Of a stretch of DNA of 64,000 nucleotides, positions 13,724-24,030 are shown piece after piece. The translations under genes were made by a program, and so were the position numbers. Under the pieces are notes generated by a model that was not told where the DNA came from, did no database searches, and was given only the letters and a program-made list of their open reading frames with translations. Position 1 is the stretch's first letter. Every line of letters starts with the position of its first letter. The DNA comes from Macrostomum hystrix (taxonomy: Eukaryota > Animalia > Platyhelminthes). The stretch is from positions 16,740,001 through 16,804,000 of the forward strand of contig CATNEN010000039.1 of the NCBI GenBank assembly GCA_950097015.1, in the 5' to 3' direction.

Positions 13724-14039
13724 CCTGGGTCAATTGTAGCTAACCAGGGCGTATCGATTGGTACCAACCAGGCGAGCGTTTTTGAGAACTGCAAATTTTA
13801 GAATTGCGCATTCAACATTACACCACGCTAACTGACAGATGTAACTTTTGAGGTAAATATTGATGAACTCTCCAGCCAAAATCATTTTGAGCTTCCAAGC
13901 GTTATTTACTGAATTGTTTCGTTTACTTCGTGTTTCATTCCTGTTGTGTTTGGTCTTGTGCTTGTTGGCAGTGAAAAAATATACAGTGGCTATAAGTGAT
14001 GAATTTAAATATGCTTCAACCAAAGACAGTGACGGCGGA

Positions 14040-14762
14040 CAAATGTGTGGCGTTTCAACCGCGTTGCAAGACAGCCAGCCTACGCGCCTAAGCGCTACGC
14101 GCCTCTTCATTTCAGTTCATTTCAGTCCGATCAGCCAGTCTATATTAGTGTTATGGGTAGGCTGAAGCGCGGACGCACAACGCGGTTTCACGTCCGTGGA
14201 AACTGTCTATGGTTGAAAAGCCTTTAGCTATGTGCTTCGTGACGGTTTCGTTGTCCGCGGAGACTGTCTATGGTTGAAAACCGTAAAGAGTTTGAAGCCC
14301 CCCTTCTGTTGGTGGGTGGGTGAGAAAAGGAAGGTTTTAAAAGCTTTAGGAATTTGGATTGACTATGATTCACTGGGAATCACTGCTGGGAATCACTGGG
14401 AACTGGGAATCAATGAGAAAGATATTACCGGTTTAGAAATGAATGAGATAACGTTTCTGCAGCAACTTGGACACCGTGATCCTGGTGAAGAAGTTAGTCA
14501 GTGGACCGGTCTGACCGTAAGACAGCTAATGCCTTACGACATGTCAGCTAATGCAAGACAGGAGTTGATTGACGCAGAATTATCCAATCCAAGCATTCTG
14601 AATAATGCCGAGCTTCTGCGGGAACTGACGGAAGAAGAGGAAGCTGCTGTGCAAGACGTCGAAGAGGCTGCCAAACGCAAATCGACCACGGATCAAACCG
14701 CTCTCCATGTGAAGCGCTTCAAAAAATATCAATTTTCAGCTCAGATTTCTTCGCTTTCGTAG
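14040..14762 (+). pseudogene. Probable 5' fragment of a first Crypton-like element (N-terminal coding remnant)
   Basis: The ORF end AAKRKSTTDQTALHVKRFKKY parallels the N-terminus of the adjacent Crypton protein. It shares TGTCTATGG and GCGCTACGCGC motifs with that element. Confidence 0.4.
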
Positions 14763-14830
14763 CTTTGGATGGGCCATAGAACAATGCTTTAATATTGTGT
14801 TGTGTGATTAATATTGTGTGATTTTGATAT

Positions 14831-17140
14831 GTTTTTATCATAGACACTCAAGCCGTGCAACAATGAAGGTTACCAAATATAGCAAAATTTTAGCGTCAGT
14901 GTGCAACAATCATGCATTGTACACTTTTGGAGGGGTTTTTTCCCAGCCACCAATGAAGCCTGATTGTTGCACGCCTTTACTGTCTATGTCCCGAACCCCG
15001 CCAGCTCGGATTATTTCGCCCACACTATGCGGGGTCTGAAGCCACAGTTATATTTCACGCCCTAAGTCAGGCGGTCTACTTTTGGACCATAGACATTTCG
15101 GGCGTGCACCAATCGACAAAATAATCGATTGCTGCACGCCCCGCGAGACCGCTGGCTATATCCGCTCCGTGAGACTGATTGTTGCACGCCCCAACTGTCT
15201 GTGGTCCAAAAGTATACAATGCCAGTGATAAACGGCTATTCGTACTGCAAAGTTTTAAACCTCGGGCGCTACGCGCCCTCGGTTAAAAACATTGCAGCAC
15301 TCATAGCCGTTTATTACTATATCATTGGTGCACGCTCGAAATGTCTGTGGTAAAATCTCGGTATTAAGAAGCTTAAAGTAGAGCGAATTAGTTTATTTAT
15401 TTACGTTCGTACTGATTTAGCTATATACAATAGAACTGCTTTTCATTCGAGTTTTACGACGACGCGTCTTCTGGCGAGCGAATCGGGTTAATCCACATGT
15501 CACAAGGAGACGTCGTTGGCGCCTCCTCAACAGAAGTTCATGAGCGCACGGAACGAGAGGGCATCATGCAGGCTATGTTAGATGATATTGCTCATCTTAG
15601 CGCTGGAGAACTCGAAGACATGCTCTGTGGCGATACCGCAGAAGGTGATCTTCTGAAGGAATTGGATCTTTTACAGTTAGACAACACGTCAAAATCCGTT
15701 TTGAAGCAAGAAGAATGGGCGATAAAAAAATTTCGCGAGGTCCTTTCCAATAGAACTTCTTTATCAATCTGGAGACGGTCGAAATTCAGCAGCTTGTAAC
15801 AGCATAGCGAATTTTCTACGCGTTTGTGCGCAAGGCTGATGGTGGACTGTATGCGCCTGCCTCGTTAATTACAGCTCGTGCCTGTCTGTATCGGTATATT
15901 AGTCGCTTACGCGATATAAACATTATTGAAGATCTGCGTTTTTTTAAGGCAAATCTTCAACTAAAAGCTACAGTTGCAATGTTTATCAAGGCAGGTGGCA
16001 GTGTGAAGCAATTTGCTACAATTGAGCCGGAAGATTTAGCGAAGCTACGTGTCTACTTTGATAGAAGTACACCAACAATGTTGCAACAAGAGATGACCGT
16101 TTGAATTGATGGAGCATCTTCTTTCAGAACTTGTCCAATCTCTGATGTTGCTTTGCCAGCCTACTTCGTTTTGGCTGTACATTTTGGTCTGCGTGGACGA
16201 GAGTGGCTGCGCAAGCTGGCTGTCGATTATATTAAAAGAGTAACAATCAATGGGCTTCGCGCTGTCAAACTAGCCTCTATGGAAACTAAAAATGTTCGGG
16301 GCAGTTTAGAGACGCGAACTTCCGAAGATCGCAAACAGAGCGTGCTTGTTGAAACTAACGAGGATCGTTGTCCCTACGAGTGCGTGGAGCTATACTTAAA
16401 AAAGATCGAAGAGGCGAAGTTATCCGAAGTTGTCTCGACTGCTACGTTGTTTCTCCGACCTAGAGTGCGTGGTCTAGACAACTCGTGGTTTTATGCCAAG
16501 CAGGTGGTCGGCGTCAACACCCTCGGTAACATGATGCGTGCTATTTCCGAAGCAGCTAACCTGAGTAAAGCCTATGTACGGGACACTGTCTTCGAGTTAC
16601 GCTCGTCACCGAGTTAAACGCGGAAAAAGTTCCCCTGCGGGATATTTGCGCTGTTACGGGACACAAAAGTGAAGTATCCGTGGAAAGATATATTCGTCAC
16701 GGCAGAAAGCGTGATGCTGACATGGCTGCGTTGTCTTCGACAATTAGTTCAATTGGAGTACCCAAAATCACTGCTACGGATACTGCTAGTGATGCTCCTC
16801 TTATAACAGCCGCCCAATCAGTCAGTATGGTGTCAGCGAGGGATTCTCAGCAGCCTACATCCCGAATGGAACCGCAACAGAATCTAGCAACTGCTATTTC
16901 TGGTACATTTCACAAATGCCAGTTCCATGTTCACGTCAATAATCGTCAGTGAGTTGAATTTAATATAAACACAATTTAATTGAAAATTTAAAACTTGTAG
17001 TTTTGCTCTGATTCAGTACGCACTTATGTTGCAAAGTACATTTGTTACTGTTTGTATTTTTGTGTGCTACGTTATGTAATAAAAAATAATATATATTCCT
17101 TTGAGAAGTTTTACCATAGACACTTGAAGCGTGCAACAAT
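14831..17140 (+). mobile_element. Crypton (tyrosine recombinase DNA transposon), degenerate; coding remnant 15497-16952
   Basis: Pieces in shifting frames: VRKADGGLYAPASL; HFGLRGRE (R); ETKN (K); CPYECVELYL; VGVNTLGNMMRAIS; TGHCLR (HxxR, after a frameshift near 16576); VTGHKSEVSVERY (H, Y). Probable intron about 16092-16169. Repeated terminal motifs. Confidence 0.85.
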
Positions 17141-18489
17141 AAGCCTCGATTGGTATACCCCTAAAAACCCCTTCAAAATGATACAATGCTTTTAAACGAG
17201 CCTCATGTAATATCTCAAAAGTCAAGCTGTGTTTCTGAGGTGCGAAGAAATGGTGAGCCCTCCAAGTGGGGCGAGACTGTATTTATATATTTGCCTCAAC
17301 GTGCCACCGATACGATCAACGTGCGCGTGGGGGGGCATGTACATAGTAAGCGAGAGTTAGTGATAGGTATTAGATTGTCAGGCAGATCGAGCGATACGTG
17401 AGTGCTAGTAGACAACGGCATGACACCTCAAACCTTTTTCGCCATGAATTGGCTCGTTTCCGGTCCTGAGTTATCAAGTTGTCCTTGGTCCAGACTGGGT
17501 AGTTTCGTCTATGATCTTAAAATCGGCATGCACAAAACCTAGGCTAGTTGAGGCTAGGCTAGACCACAGACCCTATATACACTAGATGGTTCACTCTGAT
17601 GAAAAAAGTGTCCTATGGTTGTCCGATGGTTGGAATCGGCTTATACTATACTATTTAAAGATCAATGGAAAGCGATAACTGCATTGCAGTGAGGTTTAAT
17701 AACAGAACCTAATGCAGTTGTTCGATATCGTATGTACTCGTATTATAATCTTTGGTGTCAGAATCGAATGCCCGATGTCATAGTTGCTTGCAAAGTGTCA
17801 ACAAAGCTTAAAGTTTGTCAATATCGGATGCAAATTGTCAGAAGTGAACCAAAGTTTGTCAAAATAAGTTGAACATTTTAGCTAGCGCTGCCACAGACTG
17901 TCAAAATTGGATGCAACGATGTCAATATCGAGTGCACCTTTTCTATTATAGAAAATAAAAAGGTGCAGAGCTATCATCATTTTATAAGGCAGTAACACGG
18001 ACCTAGAATTATAACATAAGTTTATATAATGATATATGATAAATATAAGAAGTATAGTATAAGTTTTTTTTCTTCGTCTGTGGACTTTAAATGTAAGATT
18101 CAACCGATTCTAGCTATAGAAGCCCATGATTTTGACGATGACTTCCACCCTTGTAATATAAATATATATCTTAATGTTTTGGCTTAGCCGCAACTTTCTG
18201 CCAGATGTTTTTGCTTCTGGGCTTTTGTATTTTCTACACAAATCTACATGTACATGTATTAATTATAACTGCACTGGCAGCCTGTCCATCATGCATTGTT
18301 CAACTCAGACCAAAAAGTCCGGGCCAAAACAGTGCAGCCAATGAGAGAAGGAGTTATGCGTCTGTCGCCCTCTCCAGCAAGCCCTATTTTAAAAGAAGCA
18401 CTCGCGGACAATTGTCCCACACTGCAGATGCGCGACCTCAATCCAACCCTCTCTCATTCAGTTTGGTTGGAACGCAGGGCGTGGACAAT

Positions 18490-21014
18490 ATGCTTCGAGG
18501 AGCTCTGCTTCCATGGCTAGCTGGAGGTCGCATGAAACGCCATGTAATGCTGATAGCCTTGCTCAGTTTGCTCAGCTTTACCGCTTTGCTTTTTCTAATG
18601 CGAAGCAGCAATGGCGTCCAGCGCTTCGTATTGGAGCCCGCTAGTCACATAATAACATCGCGAGTTGCTCTTTCAGACTTCGGAAATTCTACCAAGCTCC
18701 ACGCCAGCAATTTAACAGTACCGCATTCTGCACATCAAGGCTTGAATGAGGCAGTCAACAGTCCAGACGGAATTGTGCGAATATTTCACCAATCTTGGAA
18801 GACCACCAAGCTGCCGCCGCGCTTCCACCGCTGGTCGGAGACTTTCTCCACCTGTTTGCCGGGCTGGAAGCGCAAACTCTGGACTGACGAAGACAACGAG
18901 AGCTTGGTTGCTAAGCACTTTCCCTGGTTCCTGCCAACCTACAAGAAGCTTAACCAGCCAGTGCAGCGGGCAGATGTATCTCGCCTGTTCTACATGTACA
19001 AGTACGGTGGAGCTTATTGCGACTTGGACTGCGAGTGCCTTAACCCTTTCGACCACCTATTTGCCAACGTCAGCTTGGCTTTCGGCGCTATGGCGGGCCA
19101 CTCAACTGGGCCTGAAGACGAAAGGTAGGAAAATAGTCCAATTTCAAGTGTATTTTGCATCTCATTGTCTAATCTCAGTGTATGATCTGAGTGTCTAATC
19201 TGAGTGTCTAATCTGAGTGTCTAATCTCAGTGTATGATCTGAGTGTCTAATCTCAGTGTATGATCTGAGTGTCTAATCTCAGTGTCTAATCTGAGTGTCT
19301 AATCTGAGTGTCTAATCTGAGTGTCTAATCTCAGTGTATGATCTGAGTGTCTAATCTGAGTGTCTAATCTGAGTGTCTAATCTGAGTGTCTAATCTGAGT
19401 GTCTAATCTCAGTGTATGATCTGAGTGTCTAATCTCAGTGTATGATCTGAGTGTCTAATCTGAGTGTCTAATCTCAGTGTATGATCTGAGTGTCTAATCT
19501 CAGTGTATGACCTGAGTGTCTAATCTCAGTGTATGATCTGAGTGTCTAATCTCAGTGTATGACCTGAGTGTCTAATCTCAGTGTATGATCTGAGTGTCTA
19601 ATCTGAGTGTCTAATCTGAGTGTCTAATCTGAGTGTCTAATCTGAGTGTCTAATCTGAGTGTCTAATCTGAGTGTCTAATCTGAGTGTCTAATCTGAGTG
19701 TCTAATCTCAGTGTCTAATCTCAGTGTCTAATCTCAGTGTCTAATCTCAGTGTCTAATCTCAGTGTCTAATCTCAGTGTCTAATCTCAGTGTCTAATCTG
19801 AGTGTCTAATCTCAGTGTCTAATCTCAGTGTCTAATCTCAGTGTCTAATCTCTGTTCTCTAATGAATGTTCTCAGCGAAATAAGCATACCAAGCTGTAAA
19901 TCTGTTGTACGAAGTGGCATATTTGCTTTTTGGCGTTCGATTGGCCTGTTTATACAAAGTGCATTGATAAGTTTTGTATGCAAGATAGAAGGGTAGATTT
20001 CGAGCCCAAAATCTGGTAATGTATAAAATTGGTAAGAAACAGCATGCCAAGAATATAAATATTAACTACGCAAAAATGCTAAGAAAAATATAACCCTGCA
20101 TATGCCTGTTTGTCACCCTGCCTTTGTCGACATTCGTTTGGGTTTCGTCGATTTTCGCCTATGAGGACCACCCCCAAGGCACAGTGAGAGTGTACACTGC
20201 CTGACGATGAAAAAGTCTGGACAGTTATACATACCTGTGTGCGTGTGTTCTCAGGAATCAGTGGAAGTGGCAGAATGGCCACCTCACTGGCAATAATAAG
20301 AGTCAAGTTTCAGTTAAACGCCTGCATATGTGCATACCCTCTTCAAAAAAACCTTTTAAATTGTGAGTTCTTAAAACACAGAATATAGAACATGTATGTA
20401 TGATTGACAGGCTGACAGGTATGGTGTAAGGAGGTTTCATTTTTCATTGCAATTGCAAGTGTGTTCACGTCGCACGTATTTGAGCCACTTCAAGACACGA
20501 TCAATAAATGCACAATGACACTAACATTCAGGCCCTGTCATTAAGTGTTGTAGCCATGTGTCACTATCCATAGCAGCAGACTAATAGTTAATTAAATGAC
20601 CGAATCGCGCCCAGGTACATGGTGGAAGGCCAAATCGAGAACAGTTTCATGTACAGCGTGCCAGGACATCCATTCGTGATGGAGCTGATCAAACAGGTGG
20701 AGCAGAGGCCATTTGGATCACCCGAGGACACAACGGGCCCCTACCTGCTGATGCGGGCTATTAATAAGCGACGAAAATCACCTGGTGGCATGCCGGCCAC
20801 CTATCGCGGCATGAAGTACCTGACAATATTTCCGCCGAATTACTTCAATCCGTTCACATGGCTCGGCCGTACCGAGCCCTCCTGTAAGGACAAGGGCAGC
20901 TTCACTCGAGATGAAGAGGACCGCTGTCGAGCAGCGTTCAAGAACTCCAGCTTCGTTCTGCAATACCACACTCAGGTGTGGCTTGCAGGTGGCCAAAATG
21001 TTAACCATGCTTAA
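18490..21014 (+). CDS. GT32 (Gly_transf_sug, DXD) type II membrane glycosyltransferase, OCH1/SUR1-like; exons about 18490-19124 and 20615-21014
   Basis: N-terminal TM anchor (VMLIALLSLLSFTALLFLM) and motifs IFHQSWKT, LWTDED, RADVSRLFYMYKYGGAYCDLD, NSFMYSVPGHPF, TTGPYLL. Phase-2 GT-AG intron joins in frame. Start codon uncertain. Confidence 0.9.
19167..19850. repeat. 13-bp minisatellite (AGTGTCTAATCTC/G)n in glycosyltransferase intron
   Basis: Tandem array; reverse complement of the 12664-13046 unit, with TATGA variants. Confidence 0.95.
20160..20295 (+). mobile_element. SINE family A, internal fragment
   Basis: Contains CCAAGGCACAGTGAGAGTGTACACTGCCTGACGATGA..., shared with the other copies. 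Confidence 0.75.
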
Positions 21015-22488
21015 TGTGTACTTACGTAGCCCAATTCTTATGAGATCTCACTAGTCCTAGCATGAGGGAGTTGAGACACGAATTTAAATGGCTACAATGA
21101 CAAATGAAACTATCATGTCGTCGACATGACTGCAGGTATAAATAATCATATGATCATTTTAGCTTGAAAGAAACCAACCAGAGATAGACCTGGTCCATTG
21201 AGACAAAGTTAACACAGAAAAATACATTTCTGTTACATTAAAATATTCGTCACGCGTATAAACTATATCAGTGAATGAATTTTCAAGTGAGTTCCCAATA
21301 GTGTAAAAAAGTGACTCATATAGATGTGTAATATTAACAAAAATGGATTGTCTATCTGATCATCTATTTTTCTGTGCCTTAATCTAAACAATTGAGTTTA
21401 TTACTGTAAACGTCTGTTGCTTTTTACACTTGTTCTTATCGAGCAATATTTTTCATAGATAAGAATCTTTCAAAAAATAGAGTTTATTCTAGAAAACGTT
21501 TCTACTTGCACAATGCAATAGCTGTATTTTTGTAATTGTTTTCATAAATTGCATCACTATTGAAGGCAATAATGTACATTTTTTAGCTCTAGCTTGATCA
21601 GTGTCTGATTGTGATAGCATTCAGCAACGATTTTTATAGCTTGTTTGTAATTTCCGCCTAAATTAAACTGTCTTTGTGTCCTGCTGAATCTTTTTATATC
21701 AATCAAGTGCCTCTGTCAGATTAGAATCTGAGATTCTGAGAATTAAATTGTCATTGCCTTTTTATAAGAGTTATTTATTTCTGAAATATATCACGACTGT
21801 AACCTATGAAATCCTCTTCTGTACCTTGAAAATTCACTTCCTGTACCTCGATAAGATCAACCTGCTGAACCTTGACAAGATTCACTTCCTGTACACTGAC
21901 AATATTTGCCTGCAGTACCATGGCAAGATCGATTAAACAAAAGCATACAGAAAGGCTGCGTAAAATGGAAAGGTATTATGCCACGTTGATGGCAAATATA
22001 ACCAGTACGATGCAAAATTGCCAAAATTATTGGAGGCCACATTACGCAACTTGCTTGCTGCACGAAATGACTTTCGACTCCAAACAAGTTTCTGTACACA
22101 TTTTTTCGGCAGAAATTATAGTTTAAATGAATGGTACAGAAGCGACTCGGCTTGCTCGGATAAGTTCCTAGTTATTGTCTCCAAGCGGGTGTCGAACTGC
22201 AAAAAAGCTTTCTCTTGATGCATGATCATATCATGCTGCTCGCGATAACATTAAGGACCTCATCTAGCTGGGATTTTCCCAAATCTGATATAAACTGAGG
22301 CACATCGTGAGGATAGTTTATCCTCTCTTTCGCCTCTCTATATCTCGCTTCTCGACAGATTTTCATTGCCCAGGGTTAGAGCTGCGGACTTTAACCCAGA
22401 AGTCGGGAGTTCAAATTTCAGCAAAGTCAGAATTAAAAAGCTGTCTCTACGTAAGGTCAGTCTATTCCGCAATGCTTTCGTTCACCCA

Positions 22489-22736
22489 GCTAGGACTAGT
22501 GAGATCTCATAAGAATTGGGCTACGCAAGTACACATTAAGCATGGTTAACATTATGACCACCTGCAAGCCACACCTGAGTGTGGTATTGCAGAACGAAGC
22601 TGGAGTTCTTGAACGCTGCTCGACAGCGGTCCTCTTCATCTCGAGTGAAGCTGCCCTTGTCCTTACAGGAGGGCTCGGTACGGCCGAGCCATGTGAACGG
22701 ACTGAAGTAATTCGGCGGAAATATTGTCAGGTACTT
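22489..22736 (-). pseudogene. Inverted duplicate of the glycosyltransferase 3' end (copy of about 20814-21061)
   Basis: Reverse complement matches the end of exon 2 and the start of the 3' UTR; about 4 mismatches seen by eye. Confidence 0.95.
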
Positions 22737-23800
22737 TTGTGTCAGAGACAGTTGTGTCGCTCTCAGGAATGCGAATGTTTAGTGTACCATTTTGTTCCAT
22801 TTCCCAGTTTCTCATTGACTTCAGTAGGTGAACCATGTCGTGGATCATAAAAAACGACTTGGCTGATTCGCATCAATTCCAATCCGATCCTTGTTCTGTG
22901 ACAGATCCTTAAACATGGCAAAGCACCTTCTATTTATTGGGTGATTGTCACCAACCAGTGCAAATACAGAACCACCATGCCTGTTCACCTGCTCGATGCA
23001 GTTACTGATGCTTTGCTTTAGAAATTCTGCTTTGAGCAGATAAATAGGAATAAGCCGTAGAATGATGGGCTTGCCCCCCCCCCCATCAATGGTTTCAGCA
23101 TTATGGCTAGAATGGTGCGAGCTGCCTTTGCTGGACTGTCCTCTGCGTAGCCGTAACCGAACAAATGTTTGCACCTAAACCTGACTGACCGGGGGGTCGG
23201 TGGCAGAACGGTTAACGCGTTTGCCTCTCGCACCACGGTCCTTAAGTTCGATTCCACGGCGAGGCCACATTCATTTGGGGCGCAGCCGCGGAGAGAAGGC
23301 TTGGGGGCTTGTCGTGCAATTTACGCCCTTGAGGGCCAACCTCCAAGGCACAGTGAAATGTACACTGCCTGACGATGAGAAAGTCAGGGCAGATGTACAC
23401 ACGTGTGTGAGCGTATGCCTGCGTACGGTATCTGTGTGCGTGTGTGCTCAGGAGTCAGCGAAATGGGCAGAATTGCCTTCTCGCTGGCTGCGGGTCCAGT
23501 GTCACCAAATTATGTGTCAGTGCCCACAGCCCTCCTGCAATTATTATTATTATTATTAAACCTGTCTGACGGTTGGACGTACATCTCGTCAAATAATACT
23601 ACGCATTTTAGCTGAGGTCCACGTAAGGTTGTAAAAACTGTCCGAATGGTCTCTTCGGAGTCCGCGTGTGTTCCAACTTCTCCAAGTCCAGCGAAACGTG
23701 TTCGCAGTGTCTGCTGATGGGTAAGAGGTTGCAGATTACGAAGCTGCGAGTACGCCGAACTACTTATCAGGTAAATTAAAGCAGACTGTCTTCTAGTTGT
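22737..23800 (-). pseudogene. P-element/THAP9-like transposase remnant, interrupted by a SINE
   Basis: IYLISSSAYSQLR, CVVLFDEMYVQPS|VRF..HLFGY, ARTILAIMLKPL, VFALVGDNHPIN and DMVHLLKSMRN (D(2)H motif); frameshifts present. Confidence 0.75.
23190..23557 (+). mobile_element. tRNA-derived SINE family A, full-length copy with TSD
   Basis: A box GGTGGCAGAACGG, B box GTTCGATTC, (ATT)n tail. 13-bp TSD AAACCTG(A/T)CTGAC at 23177-23189 and 23558-23570. Confidence 0.92.
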
Positions 23801-23866
23801 GGCCTCTGCTTCGATTCTAGTTGTGGCCTCTGCTTCGATTCTAGTTGTGGACTCTGCTTCGATTCT
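23792..23866. repeat. 24-bp tandem repeat x3 (CTAGTTGTGGCCTCTGCTTCGATT)
   Basis: Visible tandem copies. Confidence 0.9.
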
Positions 23867-24030
23867 TTGGTTTCCTATGATTCTCCCCAAACCGCAAGTG
23901 GATTGAAGAAACGTCTGAGCAATGTTTTTTCTTAAACATTTTCCTGTTGCTCAGTTTTTTCTGATTGAGCGGTGAGACATGCTTTGAGTTCATGTGCCGG
24001 CTGCTGCTTCTTCTTCTTCTTCTTCTTCGA

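Noticed and set aside
23360-23400. Hammerhead-like core CTGACGA-TGA-GAAA-GTC in the SINE hairpin
   Set aside because: No room for stem II (3 nt) or stem III (1 nt); the bases pair as a simple hairpin, and other copies mutate the core
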